This document shows positions 8,808 through 19,865 of a DNA stretch of 64,000 nt, piece by piece. Where the stretch lies: IMG/VR virus record IMGVR_UViG_2687453308_000004. One strand, 5' to 3'. Position 1 is the first letter of the stretch; each line of letters begins with the position of its first letter. The DNA comes from an uncultured virus (IMG/VR IMGVR_UViG_2687453308_000004) (Duplodnaviria; Heunggongvirae; Uroviricota; Caudoviricetes). The notes beneath the pieces were generated by a model that saw only the letters and a program-made list of their open reading frames with translations, was not told where the DNA came from and did not search any database. Made by a program: the position numbers and the translations under genes.

Positions 8808-10717
8808 TATTCAACCTCCTTACCTTCTATTATGCTCCAACCACTATTACCACCAGTACCAAAGTTTCTAACGAAAAACTGGTGAGCAGAAGCAAAGTTA
8901 TTACGTCTTAGCACTTGTGTTGTGTTACCTGGTGTATTCGATTTTACTTCTAATATCCAACCTGCAATACCTTTAAAGTCTTTAGGAAAATCAGTAAATC
9001 GTTTTGATTCTTCAGTAGTGATATAGAAATCTAAACCAACGATTTTTAAATCTGATAATTTTGTAATACTCTTAGGGATATGTTCCCAATAACCGGCGTT
9101 TTGCGGACAGAAATTCCATGCTCCGTTGTTTTTCTTATTGAAAATGTCAATGACACGTTCAAATTTAAGCATATTTCTACCTGTGCTGTTTCTGGTAAGT
9201 ACTTGTCTTAGAGCACCATTATAGTGTCCAGGCAGTACATCAAAGAACCAACCTGCATCTCTAAACGCTTTCGGTAACGGGAAATCTAACGCATTTTGTG
9301 TGTCTTGCGTATAGATATAGTAATGACCAACTTCCGTAATATCACTTAGATATGCTGGGTTCTGTATTGGTAACGGTTTAACACGTCCGCCTGAATCAGT
9401 CATTGATACTTGAGGCGCGATGTTTTTCAAGAATTGGTTAACACCTCTTTGGCCGATAGAATAAATTGAGTGATGTCTGTTATTACCAGGTCCAATAGTT
9501 ACCCCTATTAAAAGTGCTTTACGTCCTGTTTCTAGATCGTAATACATATCTAGACCCTCAGCTTCTTGGAAGTCTCCTTTAAAGTTATTATTCACACCGC
9601 CAATATCGATACGTCGTTTAAATAACAATTCTTTTGTTTTTATATCGAAACCTTGTAAGTAGTTAGGGTTGGCTGTATTCGAATCACCTGTATACCAATA
9701 TAAGATACCTGCATCATAAGTGATACCTTGCATAGGTTGTGTATCTGAAGTGTATTCCATAGGTATATCCATTTGATACAATACTTTGTCTATACCTTTA
9801 TCAATATCGTCAGCACTTCTTACTTCAATGAAATTCAATGAATTCTTAGCTTGTCTTTCAGAAGCTTTATATTCACGTCTGAAAATCATTAAATTTTCTA
9901 TAGGATTATAAATCGCTGACGTATATCTGTCGTTAAATATATTCGGCATGACATCTTGCATTTCATTACCATAAGTTATTTCTCCAGTTCTATATTGGAA
10001 ACGTACAAACTTGTTGTTTTTGTTACTGTCCAATACAGCTGAATAAATCCATAATTCTCCATCAATGTATCTATACGCATTGTGTGTACCGTGACCGCCG
10101 TTTTTAACAAGCAATCTATCAATAAATTGTCCGTTGGGCTTCAATCTAGATAACATGTAATGATTACCTGGACGAGCTTGCGTCATATAAATAATTTTCG
10201 TTCTAGGGTCTACCCAAAATGATTGCATTACTGCATTTGTATATGGCGATAAATCAGTGATAAATTCCGGTTCTTGCTCTTTTGGTTCGAATCGGTATTC
10301 TGTCGCTCGATATTCTTTATAGTGTTCATCTACAGCTTTCTCAACCTTTTTAGTGAAAGCATCTAGTGTTGAATAATCATGATACAAACGATCTTGCAAT
10401 GTCTTATGACCATAACCTGTATTATCAATACGCGCGTCTTTTACTTCGTTGATACCGTCGCCGTTATGACCTAGTACCATATTGCTGAAACGGCCGTTTA
10501 GATACGTTAAAAAATCAGAGACGCTACTTGTGACATTTAAATGTTCATACTTTATTTGCTCTCCATTATGTGCAAATACCTCTTTATTTCTATGATATTC
10601 AAGAGAGAAATTAAAATCAGTCAGCATGTCTGAAATAAGCTTGAAATTATACTCATTTTCATCTACATATCTGTAATCGAAAACTCTACTTAAATCTGTA
10701 ATTAGTTTATTACTCAT
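8807..10717 (-). CDS. Receptor-binding protein (phi11 gp45-like, wall teichoic acid binding)
   Basis: 636 aa; NAVMQSF, GGHGTH and EAEGL propeller motifs; synteny. Confidence 0.9.
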   Translation of the reverse strand: MSNKLITDLSRVFDYRYVDENEYNFKLISDMLTDFNFSLEYHRNKEVFAHNGEQIKYEHLNVTSSVSDFLTYLNGRFSNMVLGHNGDGINEVKDARIDNTGYGHKTLQDRLYHDYSTLDAFTKKVEKAVDEHYKEYRATEYRFEPKEQEPEFITDLSPYTNAVMQSFWVDPRTKIIYMTQARPGNHYMLSRLKPNGQFIDRLLVKNGGHGTHNAYRYIDGELWIYSAVLDSNKNNKFVRFQYRTGEITYGNEMQDVMPNIFNDRYTSAIYNPIENLMIFRREYKASERQAKNSLNFIEVRSADDIDKGIDKVLYQMDIPMEYTSDTQPMQGITYDAGILYWYTGDSNTANPNYLQGFDIKTKELLFKRRIDIGGVNNNFKGDFQEAEGLDMYYDLETGRKALLIGVTIGPGNNRHHSIYSIGQRGVNQFLKNIAPQVSMTDSGGRVKPLPIQNPAYLSDITEVGHYYIYTQDTQNALDFPLPKAFRDAGWFFDVLPGHYNGALRQVLTRNSTGRNMLKFERVIDIFNKKNNGAWNFCPQNAGYWEHIPKSITKLSDLKIVGLDFYITTEESKRFTDFPKDFKGIAGWILEVKSNTPGNTTQVLRRNNFASAHQFFVRNFGTGGNSGWSIIEGKEVE

Positions 10718-10731
10718 GTTTTCCTCCTTTA

Positions 10732-12633
10732 CTATCCATAAAACTGATAATAATTTTTAATAAGCTCATACATAATAACTTCATGACCTCTTTCATTAGG
10801 ATGTAATCCATCAGGCATGCTAGATTTTCTAAATGCTGGATTATATGGTTTGAAATAATCTGTGTGATAAGCGTCATATACTGGCACATCTAATTCACTA
10901 CAAGCCAATATCTGAGCATTGACATAATCCTCTAACGTTAACCCTAGTTTGTTTTTATCCGTATCTTTACGACGTATCGTTGTGCCACTCATAGGACATT
11001 GTCTTGTAGCTGTCATAACAAGTATTTTTGAAGCCGGATTATTTTTCCGGATAACTTCAATTGCAGAACAAAAGGCACCATAAAACGTTTTAGTATCCGT
11101 TTTATCAGTGCCTATCGGTACGCCTGCCCAATAACCATGTAACCAGTCATCATCTGTACCTTGTAATATGATTAGGTCTCCTCTTATTTGCTCTGCTTGT
11201 CTATAAATGCTGTTTTCTACCGCTTCTTTACCTATTGGAACTGTTGCCATTGTTGCGCCACCTCTTGCAAGGTTGGTCGTTTTAGCTTTTAACTTCTTGC
11301 CTAACATTTCTGTGAAATTAGTTTTCGCATGTGATCCTCTAGCTACAGAATCGCCAATCGTTCCAATCGTTTTTACATCTTTAATGTTTGATTTATCTAT
11401 AAAATCATGAACGATAGTGCCGTCAGATGTAGTCACAGTTTTAGAGCTTACCTTCTGTTGTTTATCTTCAATCAAATCAGTTCTACTCATCAAATCGAGT
11501 GTTGATTTAGCTATTGATGCAACTTTAGATTTTAAGTTTTCTGCCGCTTTACTAGGATTGGAAAGATTAACATCATTTAATCCAGAAACATAGTTAGCTG
11601 CAGTATTAACTTTTTTCATATATCGTTGTTCTCGATTAAACTCACCAAGAGTTACATCTTGCTTAACAATTACATTGTTTATACCCCTAATCGTTTTAAC
11701 TTGTACTATACGGACTAAATCATTCAAACCTAGTTTGGTAGATTTTATTTGTACTATGTCTCCGGGTTGTGGGTCTGCTTCTGGATATGATTCTCTTAAC
11801 ACCAAAAAGTCCAAAGACAAAGATTGTTTTAACGACTTTTTCAATCTCGATTGTAATTCTTTATCCATAGTTTCTTGGTCAGTCACTTTACCATCTTTAA
11901 ATGGTTCTGCGTGGATGTCGCCGTATATTTCAGCTAATGCACTTCTAGCTTCCATTACGAGCCCAGCGTGTTCGAATGTTTCTTCTCCTGAATAATTACC
12001 ATATCCTCTAATGAAGGTGGCGAAATCACTTGCATCTTCCTCGAGTTTTATAGCGTTGGCGTTGACTTCGTCAGAAATAAAATAAGACGCTTTTTGATTT
12101 GCAAAAGGCGTCAATACAAACTTATATCTGTCTTTCTTTTTGTCATATGTGATCTTATATTCTAATCCAAAATGTTCCAAACCTTTTTTTAACATTTCTA
12201 ACCTTGTGTCGCCTTCACCGCCGTTTTCAAACTTTGAAGATTTAACTTTGCCCTCGACTTCAAAAAGCATTCCAGTACCTTGAAACACAATGTTAAAATA
12301 TCTTTCTACTGTAAAAGATCCTGTTACATTAACATAAATCCTATCAATCATTAACTTGTCTATAGGAATCTCTCTAGCAGTACATTCAACCAGTTGTCTG
12401 TCGCCTTCTGATTTCCTATCAATGACAGTTATTACATATTCTTTCTTGTCGTTTTCACCTTCGACATGACTAACAATCCATCTTTTCCCTATAGCGTTAA
12501 TAACTTCATAAGTATATTTGTTTTCTAGAATATCAAAAGTTAATACACCGTCAGCGTTAACTTTTTTTACTAAAGTTGTTTCTACTGGTACAGGTGCGCC
12601 ATTACCTTTAGGTGGTCTTACAATTATTGTCAT
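10732..12633 (-). CDS. Tal baseplate hub with C-terminal SGNH hydrolase domain
   Basis: GDSV, GTDD and DGLHP SGNH motifs; follows Dit. Confidence 0.88.
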   Translation of the reverse strand: MTIIVRPPKGNGAPVPVETTLVKKVNADGVLTFDILENKYTYEVINAIGKRWIVSHVEGENDKKEYVITVIDRKSEGDRQLVECTAREIPIDKLMIDRIYVNVTGSFTVERYFNIVFQGTGMLFEVEGKVKSSKFENGGEGDTRLEMLKKGLEHFGLEYKITYDKKKDRYKFVLTPFANQKASYFISDEVNANAIKLEEDASDFATFIRGYGNYSGEETFEHAGLVMEARSALAEIYGDIHAEPFKDGKVTDQETMDKELQSRLKKSLKQSLSLDFLVLRESYPEADPQPGDIVQIKSTKLGLNDLVRIVQVKTIRGINNVIVKQDVTLGEFNREQRYMKKVNTAANYVSGLNDVNLSNPSKAAENLKSKVASIAKSTLDLMSRTDLIEDKQQKVSSKTVTTSDGTIVHDFIDKSNIKDVKTIGTIGDSVARGSHAKTNFTEMLGKKLKAKTTNLARGGATMATVPIGKEAVENSIYRQAEQIRGDLIILQGTDDDWLHGYWAGVPIGTDKTDTKTFYGAFCSAIEVIRKNNPASKILVMTATRQCPMSGTTIRRKDTDKNKLGLTLEDYVNAQILACSELDVPVYDAYHTDYFKPYNPAFRKSSMPDGLHPNERGHEVIMYELIKNYYQFYG

Positions 12634-12641
12634 TCTGACAC

Positions 12642-13589
12642 CTACTTATAATAAAATTTCAAATCAAACTGAACTTTTTGTACCGTTTGATTAAACTCAA
12701 ATTTATTAGCTCCGTATTTAAATTTTGGTTGGGCTATATTCGTTTCGGTACTTATTTCAACACCGTTTTTATAAACTCGGAAGCTATCATAAACAATTCT
12801 GTCTCCAGCTTTTAGTTTGATCCCTTCGATTTTCATTATTTCAGCATGCGTTAAATTCCATACAAACGATTCTGTATCTTCGCCCAAAATAATTGTTATC
12901 TTTTTATACATGTTGAATTGGTCGTTAGGAGCGCTACCATGATAGTAAACTGTATCTTTGCTAACATTTTCAAATGTATACTGGCGCTTATCCCCGCCTG
13001 CATGCCAATCGATATTAAAATCAAACGACCACAATCCAACCTTTTTGTTTTCTTCTAACTCTAGGCTTGTTCCAATACTTTCACCGTATGGCAATTCTGT
13101 AGTTTCGAATTTTAGTTCAAAAGAAACTTTATTACCTTTTTGCTTAGGGTTTATAACTCCGTTAAAAATAACTTTATACTGTTTACCGTTTACATAAATT
13201 TGTTGATCGTGTCTTGAATATTCATAATCCGGGAAGTTGTTTTTATCTAATTTCACGTAATCATCAGAAGTTGGTTGAGTAAACCTGTAATTCAACTCTT
13301 CTTTTCTTCTGATTTCTCGTAAATACATTGGTTCTATATCAGTAGTTAACGAATACAACATATCTCGCATATAAGCAATGTCTGAACGATTTTTTACTTT
13401 ACAAAAACAAGGAACAACTATATCTCTACTGATATAATTGCTCCCCATTAATATGCGACCGTTCATATTTTCTTTGTCTTGATACTTTGTGTTGATTTGC
13501 ATGCTATCAATTACTATATCGTTAACGATAAACCCGTATTCACTTAATTTGATTACAGTACCATCTTTTTTTGTTAATTCTATGTCCAT
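12642..13589 (-). CDS. Distal tail protein (Dit)
   Basis: 315 aa directly after tape measure gene. Confidence 0.87.
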   Translation of the reverse strand: MDIELTKKDGTVIKLSEYGFIVNDIVIDSMQINTKYQDKENMNGRILMGSNYISRDIVVPCFCKVKNRSDIAYMRDMLYSLTTDIEPMYLREIRRKEELNYRFTQPTSDDYVKLDKNNFPDYEYSRHDQQIYVNGKQYKVIFNGVINPKQKGNKVSFELKFETTELPYGESIGTSLELEENKKVGLWSFDFNIDWHAGGDKRQYTFENVSKDTVYYHGSAPNDQFNMYKKITIILGEDTESFVWNLTHAEIMKIEGIKLKAGDRIVYDSFRVYKNGVEISTETNIAQPKFKYGANKFEFNQTVQKVQFDLKFYYK

Positions 13590-13601
13590 TTGTAACCTCC
13601 T

Positions 13602-16600
13602 TTATAAGTAATACTCAGAATTGCGTTTAGCATTTCTGCCGTTAACAATACTAGTAAGCGCATCGTTATTGACATCGAATTCAACTTTAACAGTTTTCAT
13701 GTTCGGTGATGTTTCAATAGAATGTGTGTGTTGTACTTGCGCATTTATATTTCCACCTAAATTACTTAAGTTTCCTGTAATACTAGAAATGTCAGGTGCG
13801 TTTAATGTAGGTTGAAATGCATCAACTACTTTATCTGCAACATTAGAAACATTACGGATAACTTTACTTGAATGATTATCTATACCTTTAACGAAACCTA
13901 GCATTGAATACATACCAACATCCATGAATTCACGTGAAGGTGAGTGAATACCCAAAGCACTTTTAGCTGCATCTAAAGCTTTCTTAGCAACATTTTTAGC
14001 TGCATCTACTAATTGACCAGCCATTTGTCCAATACCTCTAATTAAACCACGGATCATATCAGCACCTGCAGACACAAAATCTCCTATAAAGCTTTTTATT
14101 TTATTTACTGCATTTGTCATACCTTGACTAACTTTGTTTACAACATTAACGAATCCTTGAATAACTCTATTAACAAAGTTAATTAGCGTACTTGTTATAG
14201 TAGATACCCATTGCATACCTTTAGTCACGATGAAGTTCCAAGCTTGAGACATTTTGTCCGATATAGTTGATACAACTTGTGTGAATATACTTACAACTTT
14301 ATTCCAAATCGTCGTTAATATACCAGATAAGAAACTCCAAATCGTATTCCATATATTAGAAATAAAACTCCATGCCGCTTGTAACGCAGTAGATATAGCT
14401 GTAGTGATAGCGTTCCAAACCTTAGTTGCCACAGTAACTATAGTGTTCCACAACGTTTGTAAGAACATCCAAATAGCATTCCAAATTGTCATTGCGATAG
14501 TCATGATTGTTGTAAACACAGTAGTTATTACAGTGACTAACAAATTCCAAATCGTAGTAGCGATTGTAATTATCGTGTTCCAGATTGTACTTAAGAATGT
14601 CCAAATAGCTGTCCATATCGTCATAACTATTGTCATTATCGTCGTGAAAACAGTTGTGATGATTGTAACTAAAAGGTTCCATACTGTTGTTGCAATAGCG
14701 ATAATACCGTTCCAGAGTCCTTGTAAATATGCGACAATTTGATTCCAAACAATCATTATAAAATTGTATACATTAGTTACTGCTGTAGTGATAGCTTTTA
14801 AAATAGCATTCCATACAACCGAAGCTACAGTTTTCAACACATTCCAAACTGTAACCATAAACGTTTTTATCGCATTCCAAGCATTTATAATAAAGTTTCT
14901 GAATCCTTCATTTTTATTCCACAATAAAACGAATATAGCTATTAATGCAGCGATTACACCAATAACTATTGTTATTGGACCACCTAAAATACCAAACACA
15001 GTTACTAGTCCTGTGATAGCATTTCTAATTAATCCAATCTTACCGAATAACAATTGGAATATAGCTGTAACTAATTTTATTGGACCTTTTAATGATGTCA
15101 TTGCCTTACTTAATACTAAAGTTCCTGTTTTAGCCCAACCAAACTTAGTTACTAATGCGACTAATCTTGCTGCTAATGGCCCCAGAAAATCCATTACCGC
15201 TAATATTGGAGCAATTAAAAATCTAAATGCACCAACTAAAGTTATAATGACACCAACTAATTGTGCTGTAGCCGGATGCGCCTCAAACAAGTTAGCTATC
15301 CAACCAGTTATTGCTACTGCAACGCGTAATACTGCACTAGCTATAGGAGCCATCGCTGTTGCGAATGCAACTAATCCTCTTGCGATGTTTCCAATCAATT
15401 GCATTATTAGTGGTCCATTTGTTTGTATATAACTGACAAAGTCTTTAAAACCTTGAGATTGACCGACTTGTTCAGACCATTCTCTAAACTTAACCGTCAT
15501 TTGTTCAAGAGATTGGAAGATTCCAGTTGATGATCCACTGAATGCATTCATCAAATTGTTAATTCCAACGAAAACATTTTTGAAAATATTACCAATGATA
15601 GGTAAGTTTGTTTTTGTGTATTCAATAAAACGAGTTATCGAATTTTCTCCAGCTGCACTATTAGCCCAGTTAGAGAAAGATTGACCTAATCTATCCAACC
15701 AATCAGCCGACCATTGAAACAGTGGCGCTAATTGTGTGAATACATTGACTAATCCGTCACCGAAACCGCCTGCAGCACTTAATAGCTTGTTAAATACCGA
15801 AACACCAGTTGTATTCATCATGTTGAAGAACCTTGATGCTACACCGCTATTTTGAGCCCATTTAAGTACACTTTGAGACGCCTCTTCCATTCCTCTTGAA
15901 ATACCACTAAAAAAAGGTTGTAAGCTCTGCATTGCTGTTTTAACAGTATTTAAACCGTTTGCAAGAGTTGTGAATATAGCGGATTGATTTTGCTTTATAA
16001 TATCAGTCCATGCTGACTTTACGCCATCTAAAGCTTTTTTGTATTCGTTTGTTGCTGAGCTAGCTTGTAAAGTGCCGTCACTAAGCATCTTTATAGCGCT
16101 GATAGCCATTGCGCCAAATGCTACAAAGCCAGCGCCGGCTATTGCTACCGCACCACCTAAAGCAAGTACACCGCCAGTTAACACTTTGATAGCGTTTAAT
16201 AGCGCAAATACTACAGGTACTACGCTCGCTATTACAGGTATTAAGATACTAAAAGATGAAGTTAGTAATCCACCAACCATATTAGAACCTACAGTACCGA
16301 ACACACGGAACATATTAGCTAAATTCCCCATCTGTCTTTGGAAATTGTCGTTTGCTTTTATTATGTAGGCATAAGCTTTCTTTAAACCATTAGTATCGAC
16401 ATCTACCTTTGTTGTTTTTTTGTTCGGCAATGCGTCTAATGATTTTTTAAACGCATAAATAGTTGGTATAGAAAGCCCTGTATCTACATCTAGTCGAGAT
16501 CTAGTTTTGTTTGGAATACTTTTAAGCTCTTCTTTAGTGCGTTTTATTTTAGAGTTAGCAACACCATTGTCCACGTCTATAATAGCTTTGGCTTTAGACC

Positions 16601-17066
16601 TATTTAATGCTTCAAGACTAGCTTTAGATACTTTTAACACTCGATTGAATTTACTGTTATCTGCATTGACGTCAATACTGATACGCTTCTTTTCTAGTTC
16701 GGATAACTTAACTTCTGCTTCAGCGATATCTTTAGTTAACTTTTGTTTTTGTAGTTTAACCTCAGGGCTAGCTTCTTTGGAGTTAAGTTTGTCTAGTTCA
16801 AAATTTGATTCTAATATCTTTTGTTGTAAGTCTTGTATACTAGCATCTAATTTAGCTTTTACATTTTTGTTGCTAAAGGCATCTAAAGACTTTTTAGCAA
16901 CCTTGATAGTTTTTTGTAATTTTTTATCGTTAGCGTTTAATTCAACATCTTTAGTTTGATCTGCTACTCGTTTAAATCTTTGCACAGACTTAACCGCACT
17001 ATCAATTTGCCTTTTGAATTTGGCTACACTAGCTTCAATAGTCGCTTTAATTTTATATTCCGTCAC
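13602..17066 (-). CDS. Tail tape measure protein (1154 aa)
   Basis: Length, Trp-periodic amphipathic repeats, LGIHSPSR motif. Confidence 0.95.
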   Translation of the reverse strand: MTEYKIKATIEASVAKFKRQIDSAVKSVQRFKRVADQTKDVELNANDKKLQKTIKVAKKSLDAFSNKNVKAKLDASIQDLQQKILESNFELDKLNSKEASPEVKLQKQKLTKDIAEAEVKLSELEKKRISIDVNADNSKFNRVLKVSKASLEALNRSKAKAIIDVDNGVANSKIKRTKEELKSIPNKTRSRLDVDTGLSIPTIYAFKKSLDALPNKKTTKVDVDTNGLKKAYAYIIKANDNFQRQMGNLANMFRVFGTVGSNMVGGLLTSSFSILIPVIASVVPVVFALLNAIKVLTGGVLALGGAVAIAGAGFVAFGAMAISAIKMLSDGTLQASSATNEYKKALDGVKSAWTDIIKQNQSAIFTTLANGLNTVKTAMQSLQPFFSGISRGMEEASQSVLKWAQNSGVASRFFNMMNTTGVSVFNKLLSAAGGFGDGLVNVFTQLAPLFQWSADWLDRLGQSFSNWANSAAGENSITRFIEYTKTNLPIIGNIFKNVFVGINNLMNAFSGSSTGIFQSLEQMTVKFREWSEQVGQSQGFKDFVSYIQTNGPLIMQLIGNIARGLVAFATAMAPIASAVLRVAVAITGWIANLFEAHPATAQLVGVIITLVGAFRFLIAPILAVMDFLGPLAARLVALVTKFGWAKTGTLVLSKAMTSLKGPIKLVTAIFQLLFGKIGLIRNAITGLVTVFGILGGPITIVIGVIAALIAIFVLLWNKNEGFRNFIINAWNAIKTFMVTVWNVLKTVASVVWNAILKAITTAVTNVYNFIMIVWNQIVAYLQGLWNGIIAIATTVWNLLVTIITTVFTTIMTIVMTIWTAIWTFLSTIWNTIITIATTIWNLLVTVITTVFTTIMTIAMTIWNAIWMFLQTLWNTIVTVATKVWNAITTAISTALQAAWSFISNIWNTIWSFLSGILTTIWNKVVSIFTQVVSTISDKMSQAWNFIVTKGMQWVSTITSTLINFVNRVIQGFVNVVNKVSQGMTNAVNKIKSFIGDFVSAGADMIRGLIRGIGQMAGQLVDAAKNVAKKALDAAKSALGIHSPSREFMDVGMYSMLGFVKGIDNHSSKVIRNVSNVADKVVDAFQPTLNAPDISSITGNLSNLGGNINAQVQHTHSIETSPNMKTVKVEFDVNNDALTSIVNGRNAKRNSEYYL

Positions 17067-17082
17067 ATTAACACCTCTCTTT

Positions 17083-17526
17083 CTATTGCTTATTAAATTC
17101 TGCTATAACTTTAAAGAATTCATTATTTTGTGGTTCGTATTCATCACGTTCGCTGCTAAATCTTATATCTTTACCTTCGTTAAGCCGTTGGATATTTTCT
17201 TCATAAGGCAATACGTCGTTTGCATTGTTAAAAACATATTCCTCTTTAGGTTTATTTTCTGTCCCAACATTTTTAGTAGCTGCAGCATCACGAATAGCAA
17301 ACGCAAGTTTGTAACGTTCGAATTCTTGGGTTAGCATTTCATACTCTTTCGCATACATTCGATAGTTATATTCTGTTAATGTCATTTGCTCAATAACGTT
17401 CAAATCTGTAATACCAAGTGTTGACATACAAGTTATAACGATTCTGTCGTAAGTTATTACGCTTCCGCTGGTTTCTCTTCCGCTTCCACTACTTCGACTA
17501 GGTTTCGGGTCATAGGTCGCTTTCCC
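17083..17526 (-). CDS. Tail assembly chaperone, -1 frameshift (GT-like) portion
   Basis: -1 frame is open from slippery GGGAAAG (17520-17526) into ORF 17083-17427. Confidence 0.8.
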   Translation of the reverse strand, partial: GKATYDPKPSRSSGSGRETSGSVITYDRIVITCMSTLGITDLNVIEQMTLTEYNYRMYAKEYEMLTQEFERYKLAFAIRDAAATKNVGTENKPKEEYVFNNANDVLPYEENIQRLNEGKDIRFSSERDEYEPQNNEFFKVIAEFNKQ

Positions 17527-17822
17527 AACTCCGTTAAAATATCCGAACCGAATTCTTCTAGTCCGATATTTTCTGCGATTTCATCTAATGCTTCATCAAT
17601 GTTATTAATAGTAATTGCTTGTTTTTTTAAGTGAGATGTAGCTGCGATTAAAACTTCGCCAATCACAACCGGATTTCCACTTTCTAAACCTACAGGCAAC
17701 ATTGATACACCTTGACCGATAGAAGCTTGTTCAACTTTTAAACCTAATCGGTTATCGATTTCTCTTAAAAATTTAAAACCAAAACTTAATTCTAATGACT
17801 TTCCGTTAATTTCTACATTCAT
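17457..17822 (-). CDS. Tail assembly chaperone (G-like)
   Basis: Between major tail and tape measure genes; contains G GGA AAG. Confidence 0.88.
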   Translation of the reverse strand: MNVEINGKSLELSFGFKFLREIDNRLGLKVEQASIGQGVSMLPVGLESGNPVVIGEVLIAATSHLKKQAITINNIDEALDEIAENIGLEEFGSDILTELGKRPMTRNLVEVVEAEEKPAEA

Positions 17823-17860
17823 AACTTAAAATCTCCATTCATGATTAATTTAAACAAAAT

Positions 17861-17885
17861 AAATAGGGCTTAACGCCCTATTTTT
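17861..17885 (-). terminator. Terminator after major tail protein gene
   Basis: AAATAGGGC-ttaac-GCCCTATTT inverted repeat with flanking A/T tracts. Confidence 0.6.
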
Positions 17886-18465
17886 ATACCTCTCCTGGTG
17901 TAACCGTTGATGAATCTACCTTAGGTTGTGGAATTGCTGTTAAATCTTCGCCAGTTAACGCATCTGCTTTTGTAGTGTCATGGAATCTGTATCCAGTCGC
18001 CTTAAGTTTCTTTGTTACAGCCTCAGGTAGTGTTGCAAATCCACGTTGGAAACGACCATTCACTCCATATTCATATTCATATTCATCAATACCGTTAGCT
18101 TCTGCTTTTAATTCAAATTTATTGTGGAAACCTTGGAAATATTTCGCTTTAAATTTAGTGGCATCTCCATTTTTGCCTGGTATTCTACTTTCAACTTCCC
18201 AAGCCTCATACAATACGCGATCTACAACTGCATCTTCAATTTCATCTGCAAAATCGTCACCATAAAACATTTTAGCAGTACCAGACATTGTTGACTCAAC
18301 AGAACCACCAGTGTTATAAGAACCGTCCATTGTATCCTCTGTATCTGTATCAGCTTCATGTGATAAGCCGTATTCAGTTAAAAAAAGCATTTTAGTAGCA
18401 TCTACTTTTTCGCCAGCTTTTCTAAATAAAATAATACGATCATTACTATTTTTCATATTTGCCAT
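17884..18465 (-). CDS. Major tail protein, TP901-1 family (193 aa)
   Basis: Size, sequence style and synteny as in 80alpha/phi11. Confidence 0.9.
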   Translation of the reverse strand: MANMKNSNDRIILFRKAGEKVDATKMLFLTEYGLSHEADTDTEDTMDGSYNTGGSVESTMSGTAKMFYGDDFADEIEDAVVDRVLYEAWEVESRIPGKNGDATKFKAKYFQGFHNKFELKAEANGIDEYEYEYGVNGRFQRGFATLPEAVTKKLKATGYRFHDTTKADALTGEDLTAIPQPKVDSSTVTPGEV

Positions 18466-18483
18466 TCAATATTCCTCCGTTTT

Positions 18484-18867
18484 TTAAAATGTTTTGTAAG
18501 ATATCGTTACTGATGTGTGTATCAATTCTTGATTGGTAGTATCATCAACTAACTGTGTGATGTTAGTATCATCTTCTTCAAAGTCATAATCGTTTGTTTT
18601 AACGCTAGGTGTTAAATCATCAATACACCTTTTAACAAGTCCGTCATGATGTCCTAAATCATCACTTACACTCCAAATATCAATAACTAAATTCGTGTCA
18701 CCAGAATAACTATCAAACGTGTATTTACTTCTGTTTGACTCCGGCATTTTTATTACAAAAAAAGGATACGGAATCTCTTGTTGCATCTCTTTACGAGAAA
18801 TAACAGGGAATCCATATCCTTGTAGCATTTCATACGCTTTATTATAAAGTTGTAAGTTCGGTGTCAT
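18484..18867 (-). CDS. Tail terminator (DUF3168-like)
   Basis: YPFFVI and IDIWS motifs; precedes major tail gene. Confidence 0.8.
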   Translation of the reverse strand: MTPNLQLYNKAYEMLQGYGFPVISRKEMQQEIPYPFFVIKMPESNRSKYTFDSYSGDTNLVIDIWSVSDDLGHHDGLVKRCIDDLTPSVKTNDYDFEEDDTNITQLVDDTTNQELIHTSVTISYKTF

Positions 18868-18878
18868 GCTTTTATCTC

Positions 18879-19226
18879 CTATTCAAACAACGCTTTCAAT
18901 TCTTCTACAGTTGATTTTCTTATTACCTCATATACTGGCCACATAAAAGGTTCTGCCTCCATGTATCGAGTACCAAACTCTAAGAAACCACTATAAGCTG
19001 CATGCGATGTGATAGTGTATTGCAAATCGCCAGTTTTTTTATATCTGATATTGCGTGATAAATTACCAGTCCAATAACCCTTATTCATTACTTCTCTAGC
19101 TTTCAATTTAGCTCGTACTACATATTCTTTGGCGTTTTCCTGTAAAATATCATCAACATCATCATCAATGTTGGTTTTCATATCGTGAAATTGGTTTAAC
19201 AGTGCGTCTAATCCATCTATATTCAT
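18879..19226 (-). CDS. HK97 gp10-like tail completion protein
   Basis: TGNLSRNI and [15 protein letters not shown] motifs. Confidence 0.88.
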
Positions 19227-19528
19227 CAATTGACCTCTTCGATATAATATGACGTTTCGTGTCTGTATATCCTTGTATCAACTATCTTGTAGCGAATGCC
19301 ATTAACCAACACGTGGCTAACAGGGTAAGATATTGATTCTTTTATCCTCAGAACACTTACATCGTTTTTTACATCACCAAATTCAAGTTGCTTTCTTGCT
19401 CTAGAAATGGGGTTAATATTGCATGGTATCGCATCATAAGTGATTAGTGTGTTTTCTTTTTTGCTAGTTTTAGGATTGTAAGTTGCTACTTGTTCTAATT
19501 GAAAAATAACTCTATCTTCATATCTCAA
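19226..19528 (-). CDS. Head closure protein
   Basis: Synteny in head-tail connector block. Confidence 0.78.
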
Positions 19529-19857
19529 AAGAACACAGCCCTTCCTTTTTTAGTTCTCGTTCTAGCATTAAAGTAATTATCAATAATAGCTTCATACTCC
19601 TTGAAATCGTTCAATTCATACGCATTGCTACGTCCGTCAACCGCTTCTGATGTCATACCTTCAGCACCAATCCTGTTGTAGCGTTTAACTGCAACTTCTT
19701 TAATCATGTAACTAAACCTTTCCGGTATTTGTTCAACTTCAATAGGTAACATTGATAACAACTGGCTTTCACAACTTTTTATAATTTCCTCTAATTGTTC
19801 ATCTTGCTTTTCATCTTTAAGGCCAATACGTTTTTTTACATCAGCTAGCGTAGTCAT
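19525..19857 (-). CDS. Head-tail connector (SPP1 gp15-like)
   Basis: RYNRIGAEGMTSE.VDG motif. Confidence 0.85.
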   Translation of the reverse strand: MTTLADVKKRIGLKDEKQDEQLEEIIKSCESQLLSMLPIEVEQIPERFSYMIKEVAVKRYNRIGAEGMTSEAVDGRSNAYELNDFKEYEAIIDNYFNARTRTKKGRAVFF

Positions 19858-19865
19858 ATAACCAC

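Noticed and set aside
14250..14900. Periodic TTCCA repeats that could suggest an array
   Set aside because: Trp-periodic coding repeats of the tape measure protein; no constant repeat with unique spacers, so not CRISPR
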